64,000 bases of DNA from positions 64,001-128,000 of the forward strand of contig CAVVUS010000010.1 of NCBI GenBank assembly GCA_963751345.1, in the 5' to 3' direction. This DNA is from an uncultured Chloroflexia bacterium. GTDB taxonomy: Bacteria; Chloroflexota; Anaerolineae; B4-G1; SLSP01. Made by a program: the position numbers and the translations under genes. The stretch's first letter is position 1. Each line of letters opens with the position of its first letter. Below the pieces are notes generated by a model that was given only the letters and a program-made list of their open reading frames with translations, made no database searches and was not told where the DNA came from. Shown piece after piece: positions 10,756-21,326 of this stretch.

Positions 10756-12713
10756 CTACTGGGTCAGGTCAAGCACCTCGATGTTCCACAGGTCCTCGTT
10801 CTGCGTAGGATCGATCACGACGCCCTTGACCTCGGGCCGTGAGGCCGCGAGCTTGAGGCGCAGGAAGAGCGGGACCACAGGAAGTTGATCAGAGAAGATC
10901 GCCTGGGCATCCTTGTGACCCTGGATGTAGTCGTCGGTGCCGGGCAGCGCGGTGAGTGCGCGCAGGCATGCCGCGTCATAGGTCGGGATCCATGAAGCCT
11001 GGATCGTTCTGGCCACCCCAGTTATTCTCCTCGGACGGGACATTGGTGTCCAGACCCAAGTAGAGGTCGCAGGGCGGCTCCACACCGGTTAGCCAGGCGA
11101 ACGAACCCACGTCGAAGTGGCGTCCGAAGAGCGGGCCCTCGGGGCCATCGGCGAACCACTCGGCGGAGGGATAGTTCTCCAGGTCGACCTTGATGCCGCA
11201 GTCGGCCAGGTTCTGCTGGAAGATCTGCATGTACTGAACGCGCAGGGTGGCGGTGGTGGAGCCCCAGGTGAACTCGAGTACCGTTCCATCGGGAACACCA
11301 TCGACGCCATGGGCCTCGCGGACGCCATCGTCGTTGGTATCGGTCCAGCCGATCTCCTCAAGCGTGGCCATTGCGGCCTCGGTGTCGTAGTCCCAGTGCG
11401 TGAGCATATCCCCGGCGTACAGCGGGTGTTCGGGCGGGACGTAGTCGTCGATCACGACCGAGCGACCGTAGAGCAAGCGTGTCGACAACGCTCTGGCGGT
11501 CGAGACACTGCGCAAAGGCCTGGCGGAAGCGGACATCACCGAAGAAGTCGGGGCGATCGTAGCTCGGGATCGAGTTGATGCCGAAGTCCACGTGCTCCCA
11601 GGTCGTGCCGGTGACGAAGTAAGGCTGAACCACACCCTCCTGCTCCAGCGTGAGCAGCAAGGGGGCCTGATCCTCGAGTGCCACATCCTGCGTGGCCATA
11701 TCGCACTCACCCGAGATCAACTGCGCCACGGCGGCGTTGGAGTCGGGGACGAAGCGGTAGATGACCTGATCAAGATAGGGAAGCCCCTCGCTGGCGCGGA
11801 AGTAGTTGGGGTTCTTCTCCACGGTGATGTGATCGCCTGCGACCCATTCGGTGATGACGAATGCGCCCCAGCCCATCGGCATGCGGGACGATTCGGGGGC
11901 CTCGATCAGATCAGCCGCCGTGTAACCAAGATCCTCCTGCCACAACTTGCGGGGCAGCGGCTGTTGGAAGTTGATGAAGTAGGTGCTGTCGATGTAGCCG
12001 GGGAGGCCCGTCCACACGTCGGTGACGTCGTCAGGAGCCTCATAGGTGGCGGTACGCTCGACGAGGTAGCGGGAGGTGGGCGTGTCAGGATCGGCCAGCA
12101 ACTCGTAGTTGTACACCGAGTCGTCGGCGGTCAGCGGATCACCATTGGACCACATCAAGCCGTCAACCAGCTTGAACGTGACCACCATCTGATCCAGGTC
12201 GACGGGCGTGCCGTCGAAGGCCACGGCGCAGTCAGAGCTGCGGCAGCCGGCGGGGCGGATCATCGTGCCCTCGGCAAGCTCCACGGGGTTGCCGGTGTCG
12301 TCGACGACCATATCGCCGGCTTGGACCGTCACAGCATTGATGACGGCGTCGCCATCATCGAGGCTGGGCAGCTTCTGCAGGATCACTGGCTGGTAGGCAT
12401 AGGTACGGTTGTCGTAGGGGCCATCGTAGACCGCTGCTTGGACGTTGGCGGCTGCCAGCATATCCGTGCCATAAAGATACAGCGAGTCGGGTTCCTGAGC
12501 CGTGCAGACGACGAGCGTCTTCGGCCCTGCCGGTGCTGCAGGCTCTGCCGTCGGGGTGACTTCCTTCACGACCTCGACGGTATTCTGGACCTCGACGGTC
12601 TGCTGGACCACCACGGTCTCCTGGACCACGGCGGGTGTGGGGGTGGCGCAAGCGCTCAGGAGCATCGTGAATACCACAAGCGCTCCGAGCATCACCATCA
12701 ATCGCTTGACCAT
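10756..12713 (-). CDS. oppA: Peptide ABC transporter substrate-binding lipoprotein, family 5 (split by 2 frameshifts)
   Basis: Lipobox LLSAC; WSNGDPLTADD; continues in ORFs 10976-11710 and 10756-11085; AGGAGG RBS. Confidence 0.87.
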
Positions 12714-12884
12714 GCGTTCTCCTCCTTACATAAGGATTGGGTTTGGGTTACTTCGTAGGACACAACAATATGGATCCGCAGCCACGACTTTGGATTCACT
12801 TCCTGAAGGCCATCACCTCCTTCCCGGGCTCAAATCAAAACGTGCGGGACTCACCGGGTTGGGCAAGGCCCACACGTCCCCCTC

Positions 12885-12912
12885 ATTCTAAGGACAAACA
12901 TCCAGATGTCAA
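12885..12912 (-). promoter_or_regulatory. Sigma70-type promoter for the opp operon
   Basis: TTGACA-N16-TAGAAT on the minus strand. Confidence 0.6.
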
Positions 12913-12939
12913 GGCCAATTGTCACAGGCCCGTACTCGC

Positions 12940-13590
12940 TCAATGCCGGCTCATCGCGCTCGGGATGGTGTACACCCTCGCCATACCCTCGATCACCTGC
13001 AGGTGCCGGCTGGTGATCAGCAACGCGCCACGCTCTCCCACCACTCTGTCGAGGTCCGTCAGCAGCGCCTGCCAACTCTCCGGTACCAGATGGTCGAAAA
13101 CGTCATCGACCAGGATCACTTGCGGCTGCCGCTTCTCGGCGTAAGCTAGCGCCAGTCGCACACGCTCCATTCCCGACAATGACCGAACCTGAAATGCCAG
13201 CACTCCGGGAGATAACCCACTCGCCATGATCTGCGCCGTCGCGGACGATTTCGCCCCGCGATTTCCAACCAAGGCACCGATCTCGGCATCTTCCGCGAAA
13301 ATCGCGTAGGGATTGGCCCATATCAACAGGATGTCGTCGCGCAGCCTTCGTGGCAATAGCCATCTGGGTCTGCGCGTAACATCCGTGCCCCGCCACGCCA
13401 GATGCCCCGCCACGGGTTGCCGCAGTCGCGCCAATACCTGCAACAGGCGGCTGGCCTCTTCTGCCTGGGTGGCCACCACGCCAACTCGATCACCCGCCCG
13501 CAAGGTCAAGTCGATCGGTCCGGATCTCTGCCCCCCTATCTGCAGCCCTTCGGCAGACAGGAGATCGTCTGTCCCTGCGCCGGTCGACAT
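12940..13590 (-). CDS. Degenerate ABC ATP-binding-domain protein (no Walker A)
   Basis: LSGMERVR signature-like, VILVDD Walker B-like, LITSRH H-loop region; Walker A position reads VVATQAEEAS. Confidence 0.65.
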   Translation of the reverse strand: MSTGAGTDDLLSAEGLQIGGQRSGPIDLTLRAGDRVGVVATQAEEASRLLQVLARLRQPVAGHLAWRGTDVTRRPRWLLPRRLRDDILLIWANPYAIFAEDAEIGALVGNRGAKSSATAQIMASGLSPGVLAFQVRSLSGMERVRLALAYAEKRQPQVILVDDVFDHLVPESWQALLTDLDRVVGERGALLITSRHLQVIEGMARVYTIPSAMSRH

Positions 13591-13596
13591 GAGTCG

Positions 13597-13974
13597 CTAA
13601 GAGGCGAGCCGCAGATCCAGGACCTGCTTAGCTGCCACACCGGCAAACGCAGACGGACGGCAGCGACCGCCGGGCTCCCTGCTGATCAATTCGTTAGTCG
13701 AGGGAGGATAGACGGTGTCCGCCCCGTGCACCCAGGAGCCCAACCTGCGCCAGTACGACGACCTGAAGACCGGTGCCCAGGATATCTGCGTGACCCACGC
13801 CTGCAGGCTGACCCTCAATGCCAGCCGAGCTGACGTCTGCTTCTCAGATGCCGGCATGGTTTGCGTTCGCTGGACGATGGACTGCCACACGGACTCGGGC
13901 GGTTCCGCTTCGGACGCCGGGAGCAGTGCTTGTCGAAAGAGCTCGTCGATCGTATGTGAGCTAGGTGAACTCAT
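13597..13974 (-). CDS. Hypothetical protein, possible anti-sigma factor
   Basis: Overlaps the sigma factor stop; IDELFRQAL..EPPESVWQSI resembles N-termini of proteins following ECF sigmas. Confidence 0.55.
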   Translation of the reverse strand: MSSPSSHTIDELFRQALLPASEAEPPESVWQSIVQRTQTMPASEKQTSARLALRVSLQAWVTQISWAPVFRSSYWRRLGSWVHGADTVYPPSTNELISREPGGRCRPSAFAGVAAKQVLDLRLAS

Positions 13975-14572
13975 ACGTCATCTCGGGAACTGGGCGTTGG
14001 CGCTGCACCAGCTGGTCGCGTAGGCGTCCGCGCGCATAGTGAAGCCGTGACTTGACCGTGCCCACGGGGAGGTCCAACGTCTGTGAGATCTCCTCAATGG
14101 ATAGGTTTTCCATATAGAACAGCACGATGACCGACCGGTGTAACGGAGACAACTCCGCGATTGCCTCGCGTACGACACGCATGGTCTCCTGCTCCTCGGC
14201 CTTACGGTCCGGTGCCGGAAACGCACTCGCCAGCCCCGACAGCCACTCCAGCACGTCATCGAGCGGTCGCATCACCCGTCTCTTTGTCCAATCGTAAGCT
14301 AGATTGACGGTCACCCTGTACAGCCAGGGACGCAAGGGGCGATTCGCGTCGATCGATGCCGCGTACGTGTGCAGGCGGACAAAGCACTCCTGAAGTATGT
14401 CCTCGGCGGCGCGCTCGTCCCGTATGATCGCCAGTGCCGTGCGGTAGACGAGCATCCTGTAACGATTGAACAGACCCCCAAGCGCCTTAAGGTCGCCTTC
14501 CTGGAGACGCAGCACGAGTGCGACGTCTTCAACGTCGCTATCGTCCTGTAGGGCTCCGTTGTGCTTCTCCAT
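13961..14572 (-). CDS. ECF RNA polymerase sigma-70 factor
   Basis: AEDILQECF, WLYRVTVN, EEISQTLDLPVGTVKSRLHYAR. Confidence 0.93.
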   Translation of the reverse strand: MEKHNGALQDDSDVEDVALVLRLQEGDLKALGGLFNRYRMLVYRTALAIIRDERAAEDILQECFVRLHTYAASIDANRPLRPWLYRVTVNLAYDWTKRRVMRPLDDVLEWLSGLASAFPAPDRKAEEQETMRVVREAIAELSPLHRSVIVLFYMENLSIEEISQTLDLPVGTVKSRLHYARGRLRDQLVQRQRPVPEMTYEFT

Positions 14573-14584
14573 ATATATACCCGG

Positions 14585-15354
14585 CTAGATCGGATCGGGT
14601 TCACTCGATTCGGCCTCGATCTCAGCCAGGAGACTCTGGTCCCCTGCCGAGAGTGCCGCATGTTGCACCAGATCGGGGCGTCTTTCCCATGTGCGCTTGA
14701 GCGCCATTCGCCGTTTCCACCGTGCGATAGCTGCGTGATCGCCTGATCGCAGTACCTCGGGGACCGCACACCCCTCGAACGTCGCCGGCCGTCGTGTACT
14801 GAGGGCCTTCGAGCAAACCCCTCGCATACGAATCGTCGTGCGCGCCTTCTGCGGCGCCCAGGACGCCGGGGATGAAGCGCGCCACCGCGTCGACCACGAC
14901 CATCGCCGCCAATTCTCCTCCGGTGAGTACATAATCGCCGATCGAGACTTCGTCGGTGACGAGATGCTCGCGGACGCGTTCGTCGATGCCCTCATAGTGG
15001 CCGCAGATCAACGCAATTCTCGGTTCCGTCGCCAATGTCTCTGCGACAGCTATGCGTGAACGGGCGTCCCTGGGGGGATAACAGGATGATGGGCAAGGAA
15101 GCCTTGCCTGCGGGCGCGGGTTCGTCGCGGAGCACGGCTCTCACCGCGCTGAAGATCGGCTCCGGCTTCATCACCATGCCTTGACCTCCCCCGTAGGGCA
15201 GGTCGTCGGTCATCTGGTGTCGATCGAATGCATAGTCGCGGATCTGGTGAAGGAAGATGGTCAGGACATCCCGCTCCTGGGCACGCTTCAGAATGCTCTC
15301 TTGGAAAGGTCCCAGGAACATTAGGGGGAACAGGGAAAAGATATCAATCCGCAT
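14585..15354 (-). CDS. trmD: tRNA (guanine37-N1)-methyltransferase (split by 2 frameshifts)
   Basis: [28 protein letters not shown]; [21 protein letters not shown]; [16 protein letters not shown] in successive frames. Confidence 0.92.
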
Positions 15355-15443
15355 GCCACCGTATTCTAATACTTCCTCTGTCGGGATCAAGCATGGGGAT
15401 GGCCCCGCCATAGCTTGCTTCTGCGACTGCGCGACACGGCGAT

Positions 15444-15471
15444 CGTGGGTTCGAATCCCGCCTCTCCGCCA
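15444..15471 (+). pseudogene. Isolated 3' fragment of a tRNA (tRNA-Ser-like T-arm, acceptor 3' strand and CCA)
   Basis: CGTGGGTTCGAATCCCGCCTCTCCGCCA with G discriminator; no matching 5' GGAGAG acceptor strand upstream. Confidence 0.65.
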
Positions 15472-15493
15472 AGTCATCACCCGGCAGTTGATG

Positions 15494-15528
15494 CAACAAA
15501 GCCCACTCAGACCGAGTGGGCTTTGTTG
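15494..15528. terminator. Intrinsic terminator (likely bidirectional)
   Basis: CAACAAAGCCCACTC-agacc-GAGTGGGCTTTGTTG, between the tRNA fragment and the GH4 gene end. Confidence 0.8.
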
Positions 15529-15543
15529 TGTCCTCGCAGCACC

Positions 15544-16863
15544 TTAGTCGAACTCCGTCAGCCACTTCTCCTCTGCCCTGAAGAGTTTGTCCACCATCTC
15601 CCTGATCTCTGCCATGGAAAGCAGCGCCGATGTGAGCGGGTCGTAGAGACAGGCGTGGTAGATCTTCTCGCGGTCGCCCTCCAGCGCGCCCTCCACAGCC
15701 AGCTCCTCGCATTGGGCGTTGATGCCGTTCAAGATGGCGAGTTGCGGGGGAAGCGGGCCCACGTGCATCGGCTTCAGGCCGCCCTGTGAGGCCAGCACCG
15801 GCACCTCGACGCAGCAGCCCGCGGGCAGGTTGTCGATCAGGCCCCAGTTGCGCACGTTGCCGTTGAACTCGAACATCGTGTGGTCGCCGAAGACAGCGTT
15901 GAAGATGTAGGCAGCGTATTCGCGCCCGCGCGTGAGGTCGATATCCCCGCTCATCCAGCGGTTGAACTCTGCCACGCGGCGTTCCTTATGACCGTAAGCG
16001 GGGTCATGGCGCTTCATCCAGTCTAGCCCCGGGTTCCAGCCGGTGCCGTGCGTGCAGTAGGTCTCGATGAGGTCCGGTCGCTTACGGAACCAGGCGTTGT
16101 ACTCGGAGTTATGCCCGCTCGATTCGGTGACGTAATAGCCCAGTTGTAGGAACATCTCATTGCGCACCTGTTCCTCGTTGTAGATCTCGGGGCGCTGGGT
16201 CACCGCTTCGTGGATGAGGGGATAGGCATCCTTCCCGTTCCACTTGTACTCCAGGTAGTGGGCCTGATGGTTGATGCCGGCACAGACGTAGGTCACCTCA
16301 TCCATCGGTGCGCCGATCCAGCGGGCCAGCATCTCCGCGGTGCCCTGTACGCTGTGGCACAGACCACTTGCGCGCACCTTCGAGACGCCCTGGATGGCGC
16401 GGCAGAGCATCGCCATAGGGTTGGTGTAGTTGAGGAAGATCGCGTCGGGGCAGTAGGTCTCGATGTCGCGCAGAATCTCGAGCATGGGAGGCCAGGTGCG
16501 CAGAAAACGGAAGATGGCCGAGGGGCCGCGGGTGTCTCCCACGCAGATCGAGATCCCGTATTCCTTGGGGATGGCGATATCGGTATAGATGTCCTGGTCG
16601 TCACCGGTGAGGATGGTGGTGAGGACGCCATCGGCGCCTTCCAGGGCCTTTGCGCGATCAAGGGTCGCGGTCACCTTCGCCGGGTAGTTGCCCGCCTCGA
16701 CGATGCGATCGACCACCTGTTTGGCCAGCGCGAGGTTATCCGCGTCAATGTCCATCAGGGCGATCTCACAGTCGCGGAAAGCGGGGAAGGTGAGGATGTC
16801 ACGCACCAGATTCCGCGTGAAGGTAACGCTGCCGGCACCGATAAAAGTGATCTTCCTGGGCAT
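15544..16863 (-). CDS. melA: Family 4 glycoside hydrolase (alpha-galactosidase/alpha-glucosidase, MelA-like)
   Basis: [38 protein letters not shown]. Confidence 0.88.
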   Translation of the reverse strand: MPRKITFIGAGSVTFTRNLVRDILTFPAFRDCEIALMDIDADNLALAKQVVDRIVEAGNYPAKVTATLDRAKALEGADGVLTTILTGDDQDIYTDIAIPKEYGISICVGDTRGPSAIFRFLRTWPPMLEILRDIETYCPDAIFLNYTNPMAMLCRAIQGVSKVRASGLCHSVQGTAEMLARWIGAPMDEVTYVCAGINHQAHYLEYKWNGKDAYPLIHEAVTQRPEIYNEEQVRNEMFLQLGYYVTESSGHNSEYNAWFRKRPDLIETYCTHGTGWNPGLDWMKRHDPAYGHKERRVAEFNRWMSGDIDLTRGREYAAYIFNAVFGDHTMFEFNGNVRNWGLIDNLPAGCCVEVPVLASQGGLKPMHVGPLPPQLAILNGINAQCEELAVEGALEGDREKIYHACLYDPLTSALLSMAEIREMVDKLFRAEEKWLTEFD

Positions 16864-16936
16864 AGTCAGTTCCTTTCGGTCATGGGGGCTGCGTGAATAG
16901 CAGCTATTTCACGGCTGGCTGCGCAAGGTCAGCGGC

Positions 16937-18286
16937 CTACGCAGCGCGGCGCCAAAGCTCCCGCGCAAGTTCGCGCGACTGCGCGGTGATGGCATCCTCG
17001 TCCAGCGTCAGGAGTTTCCGATCCCGCATCAGCACCTCGCCCCCGCTGATGGTCGTGGTCACCATGGAGGCCTCATAGCCGAAGATCATATGCCACGGCA
17101 GGTTGTCGGCTGTGAGGGGTGTCGTGGGGTGGTAGTCCACCAGGACGATGTCGGCGGCTGCGCCGGGCGTGAGTGCTCCCAATGGTTGGTCCGGCCAGAA
17201 AATCCTGGCCAGCGCTGCGTTAGCCTCATAGGCCAGGCGGAAAACGAGGTCGGCCGGCATCGCGCGTGGATCCCGACGGACCAGCTTATGCCCGAGGTAA
17301 GCCGCTTTCATCTCGGCAAACATATTGTTCGAGAATCCGTCGTTTCCCAGGGCCACGTGCACACCGTGGTCGAGCATGGCTTCCACCTGCGCGAAGCCGA
17401 CTGCATTGTTCATATTGGACCTCGGCTGGTGTGTCACCCAGGTGCCTGTATCCGCCAGCAGCGTCATCTCCTCCTCGTCGATGTGCACCGCGTGAGCCAC
17501 AATGGTGCGCGGCCCCAGGATCCCGGCGTCGTGCAGCCGCGAGATGACGCGCTTCCCTGATTTGGCCAGGCTGTCCTCGACGTCCTCGATGCCCTCGGCG
17601 CCGTGGATGTGGAACCCACACACCGCGCCGTCACGGTTCGCTCGATCGCGCGCCGCAACTGCGTCGGCCAACGTGGCATCGCTCAACGTCAGCGACGCGT
17701 GCAGTCCGAAGGATGCAGCCAGTTGCGGGTGAGGATCCTGCGCCAGCCGTCGCAGAAACCGCACGTTCTCCTCGATTCCTTCTCGGGCGCGGTCGCTTCC
17801 ATCCCGGTCGGTAACCTCATAGGCGAGTGCGGCCCGCACTCCCGACGCACATACGGCATCCGCGATAACGTCCAGCGATCCCTCAATGGCGTTGGGGCTT
17901 GCATGGTGATCGATGAGCGTGGTGGTTCCGTGGCGCACTGCGTCGGCGAGGCACACCAGCGCCGAGGCATGCACGTCCTCCAGGGTCAGGTGTTTGTCCA
18001 GACGCCACCACAGCCGCTCGAGCACCTGGCCAAATGAGGCCGCCGGTGGCCCGGGATATGCCCAACCCCGCGCAAACGCGCCGTAGAAGTGTGTGTGCCC
18101 GCAGAGACTTGCCGGCAGTGCGAGTTCTCCTCGAGCATCGATCTGCTCCTCGTCGGGATGTGCCCCCGCCAATTCCTGCGTTGTACCGGTGTCCACGATC
18201 TGCCGGTCTCGAATGAGGATTGCGCCGTCCTCGATCAGACGAGGTTCCGGCCCCAGCGTCGCGACGGTAGCGTGCGTGATCAGCAT
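16937..18286 (-). CDS. ssnA: Amidohydrolase, SsnA-like
   Basis: GHTHFYGAFARG, LWWRLD, DHHASP, PRSNMNNAVG, LGNDG; likely start ATG 18286. Confidence 0.85.
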   Translation of the reverse strand: MLITHATVATLGPEPRLIEDGAILIRDRQIVDTGTTQELAGAHPDEEQIDARGELALPASLCGHTHFYGAFARGWAYPGPPAASFGQVLERLWWRLDKHLTLEDVHASALVCLADAVRHGTTTLIDHHASPNAIEGSLDVIADAVCASGVRAALAYEVTDRDGSDRAREGIEENVRFLRRLAQDPHPQLAASFGLHASLTLSDATLADAVAARDRANRDGAVCGFHIHGAEGIEDVEDSLAKSGKRVISRLHDAGILGPRTIVAHAVHIDEEEMTLLADTGTWVTHQPRSNMNNAVGFAQVEAMLDHGVHVALGNDGFSNNMFAEMKAAYLGHKLVRRDPRAMPADLVFRLAYEANAALARIFWPDQPLGALTPGAAADIVLVDYHPTTPLTADNLPWHMIFGYEASMVTTTISGGEVLMRDRKLLTLDEDAITAQSRELARELWRRAA

Positions 18287-18302
18287 GCGGTCCCCCTTCC
18301 CG

Positions 18303-19226
18303 TCAATGGAATCGTGGATCCTCGCGCAGAATACGCCGGAGTCCGTCCCTGAGTTTGATCTGCGGCTTGTAGTGCAGGAGCTCTTTGGCGACGGTGAGGT
18401 CGGCCTGCAAACGTGACACGCCACCGTTGCCGACCGGGCTGTAGATGATATTACTGGTGGAGTGCGTCAGGTCGAGGATCTCCTGGGCCAACTGGTTGAC
18501 GGATACCTCAATACCGCTTCCCACGTTGATGGTAAGGTGTTCGGATCCTTCGATGCTCAGGGCACTAATGAGCGCCCGCACGATGTCGCTGACATAGACG
18601 AAGTCGCGGGTCTGCTTGCCATCCCCAAAGATCACCAACGAGCCTCCCCCGAGTGCCTGGCTGATGAACCGGGGGATGACCGAGGAGTGTGAGGGAAGCA
18701 GGGGCTGACCCGGTCCGTACGCATTGAAGATCCGCAGCACGATTGCGGTCGTCCCCCAGAGCGTGCTGATGGTCCGGACGTAGTGCTCGGCTGCCAGTTT
18801 GCTGACGGCATAGGGCGAAAGTGGGTTGGGGCGGGCGCTCTCTGTGACCGGCTGACTGGCCTGGTCCCCGTAAAGTGCCCCCGACGATGTGAAGACAATG
18901 CGTGGTATCCCTACGTCACGCATCGCTTCCAAGAGGGCGACCGTGCCGCTGACGTTCGCTTCATTATATTCTCTCGGGTACAGAATGGACTCCGCTACCA
19001 AAACGCGCGCCGCCAGATGATAGACGCAGTCGACGCCCTGCAGGAGCGACCAGAGTTTCGGACGGTCCGTGATGTTGCCGCGATGGAAGAGGACGCCGGG
19101 GCCCAAGCGAGCCGGATCACCCGCGCTCAGGTCGTCGATGACCAGGACCTCGTGTCCTTCTCCAGCAAGCGTGTTAGCTAGGGCGCTACCGAGAAAACCT
19201 GCGCCACCGGTGATTAGTATTCTCAC
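18303..19226 (-). CDS. NAD-dependent epimerase/dehydratase (extended SDR)
   Basis: TGGAGFLG, YAVSK, RIFNAYGP, RDFVYV. Confidence 0.92.
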   Translation of the reverse strand: MRILITGGAGFLGSALANTLAGEGHEVLVIDDLSAGDPARLGPGVLFHRGNITDRPKLWSLLQGVDCVYHLAARVLVAESILYPREYNEANVSGTVALLEAMRDVGIPRIVFTSSGALYGDQASQPVTESARPNPLSPYAVSKLAAEHYVRTISTLWGTTAIVLRIFNAYGPGQPLLPSHSSVIPRFISQALGGGSLVIFGDGKQTRDFVYVSDIVRALISALSIEGSEHLTINVGSGIEVSVNQLAQEILDLTHSTSNIIYSPVGNGGVSRLQADLTVAKELLHYKPQIKLRDGLRRILREDPRFH

Positions 19227-19360
19227 GATGCCTCCGAGGGCTGTAAATGAACGTCACCCATTGTAGCAGATCCCACGAGGGTGCCCAACCATGCAAAGGT
19301 TTCCGGCCCTTGCTGAGCCGCCTGTTTCGCGATATCATCTGGTCAACGACAAGGAGGGCC

Positions 19361-20713
19361 ATGAGCCTACGCAAGTCTATCAGGGAAACTATCGCTCCAC
19401 TGGAGAAAGCCTTTCTCGTGGGGGTCGAATGGAAAGCGAAGCCGGATGGCAAGTATGCGCCTGGTGACTGGCCCGTGGAGCAATCCCTGGTCGAGTTGGC
19501 GCGCCTGGCCGACACGGCGGGTCTGGAGGTTGTCGGTTCCACTTCCCAGAAATTGGACCGCCCACATTCGGCGACCTTCGTCGGCTCCGGAAAGGCCGAG
19601 GAGATTGCCTCCGAAGTGCATGACCTTGGGGCAGACGTCGTCATCTTCGACGATGAGTTAGCACCTCGCCATCAGCGCGGATTGGAGAAGGCCTTCGGGA
19701 CAGACATCAAGGTGATGGATCGCACCGCGCTGATCCTCGATATCTTCGCCCAGCACGCCAGCACGCGCGAGGGTGCGCTGCAGGTGGAGCTGGCGCAGTA
19801 CGTGTACCGGCTGCCGCGGCTCACGCAGGACTGGACGGACCGCTCGTATACCCGGCAGGCCGGTGGTCGTGCCGGTGGACGCACGGGTGGCGTCGGGCTC
19901 CGTGGTCCCGGCGAGACCCAGTTGGAGATGGATCGTTTTGTCATCCGTCGCCGCATTGCGCAGATCAAACGCGAGCTGGAAAGTGTGCGTGCCTCGCGGG
20001 CTCGTCAGCGCAATCAGCGCCGCCGCGACGGGTTGCCCACCGTGTCCCTGGTTGGCTATACCAATGCCGGAAAGTCAACGTTGCTCAACGCGCTGAGCGG
20101 CTCCACGATTTACGCAGCGAATCAGCTTTTCGCGACGCTGGATCCCACAACCCGTCGGGTCACGTTACCCGGAGGCGCAGTTGTCCTCTTCACCGATACC
20201 GTAGGGTTCATCCAGAAACTGCCCACCGATCTGATTGCGGCGTTCCGGGCCACGCTTGAGGAGGTCTTGGAGGCCGATCTTCTCGTCCACGTGATCGACG
20301 TGAGCCACCCCCAGGCGATGGATCAGGCCCGGGCCGTCTTTGCCACGCTCAAGAGTATCGGCGCTGAGGATCTTCCGATCGTCAACGCACTCAATAAAAT
20401 CGATCGCCTCGAAAACCCCGAGGCGGCGAGTGCCGCGCTTTGGGATCTCCCCGACAGTGTGGCCATCTCGGCGCTGGAGGGCCAGGGCCTGGGCGAGCTC
20501 CTTGCGGAGGTCGAGGAGGTCCTCGAATCTGCGATGATGCGCATCCGCGTCTTGCTGCCTTTCGACCGCGGCGATCTGGTCAACTTGATCCACGAGCGGG
20601 GGTTGATCGAAGAGGAATCCCACGGCGCCGACGGAACCCTGATTGTGGGCCAGGTGCCCGACACGCTGGCGGCTCAACTGGTCGATTTTTCGACGAAGCC
20701 TGCCGAAGGCTAG
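19361..20713 (+). CDS. hflX: Ribosome-splitting GTPase HflX
   Basis: LILDIFAQHA, RGPGETQLE, GYTNAGKS, LFATLDPT, DTVGFI, NKID; AAGGAGG RBS before ATG 19361. Confidence 0.95.
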   Translation: MSLRKSIRETIAPLEKAFLVGVEWKAKPDGKYAPGDWPVEQSLVELARLADTAGLEVVGSTSQKLDRPHSATFVGSGKAEEIASEVHDLGADVVIFDDELAPRHQRGLEKAFGTDIKVMDRTALILDIFAQHASTREGALQVELAQYVYRLPRLTQDWTDRSYTRQAGGRAGGRTGGVGLRGPGETQLEMDRFVIRRRIAQIKRELESVRASRARQRNQRRRDGLPTVSLVGYTNAGKSTLLNALSGSTIYAANQLFATLDPTTRRVTLPGGAVVLFTDTVGFIQKLPTDLIAAFRATLEEVLEADLLVHVIDVSHPQAMDQARAVFATLKSIGAEDLPIVNALNKIDRLENPEAASAALWDLPDSVAISALEGQGLGELLAEVEEVLESAMMRIRVLLPFDRGDLVNLIHERGLIEEESHGADGTLIVGQVPDTLAAQLVDFSTKPAEG

Positions 20714-20720
20714 GCCGGCC

Positions 20721-21326
20721 ATGGGGCATTGGCGCAAACAGCAACATCAGGAGCAGTATTTCCGCAAGGCGAAGCAGGAGGGCTATCGTGCCCGGTCGGC
20801 CTACAAGTTGATCCAGATCCAGGATAAGTTCCACATCATCCGCCGTGGGGACGTTGTGGTGGATCTGGGTGCCGCGCCGGGTTCGTGGTCTCAGGTGGTC
20901 TCGGGGTTGGTGGGAGATCGCGGGAAGGTGGTCGCTCTCGATCTCCAGGAGATCGAGCCGATCCCGGGCGTCACCACGATCCAGGGCGATATGACCGATC
21001 CTGACGTGCAGGCCCGGGTCATCGAGATCGTGGGGGGCAGGGCGAACGTCGTTCTCAGCGATGCGGCGCCTTCCACGACCGGGGTCAAGCTGCGCGATCA
21101 CGTGCTCTCCATCGAGTTGGCCCGTGCCGCCTTCACCGTCGCCAGGGAACTCCTCGTGCGCAACGGAAACATGGTGCTCAAGGTCTTCGAGGGAGAGGAT
21201 CTCCCCGACCTGATCCGCGAGGTCAAGCTGGCGTTTCACCCCGTCAAGGTGCATACCCCGGCCGCGACCCGGAACGAGAGTTGGGAGTCCTTTATCGTCG
21301 CCCGAGGTTTCAAGGGCGTGCGCTGA
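20721..21326 (+). CDS. rlmE: 23S rRNA Um2552 2'-O-methyltransferase (RlmE/FtsJ)
   Basis: GYRARSAYKL, DLGAAPGSWSQ, VLSDAAP, KVFEG. Confidence 0.93.
   Translation: MGHWRKQQHQEQYFRKAKQEGYRARSAYKLIQIQDKFHIIRRGDVVVDLGAAPGSWSQVVSGLVGDRGKVVALDLQEIEPIPGVTTIQGDMTDPDVQARVIEIVGGRANVVLSDAAPSTTGVKLRDHVLSIELARAAFTVARELLVRNGNMVLKVFEGEDLPDLIREVKLAFHPVKVHTPAATRNESWESFIVARGFKGVR

Noticed and set aside
15380-15471. Complete tRNA, tRNA-Sec or tmRNA gene
   Set aside because: No 5' acceptor strand, D-arm or anticodon arm can be built upstream, and the 3' end is CCGCCA rather than tmRNA-type CCACCA
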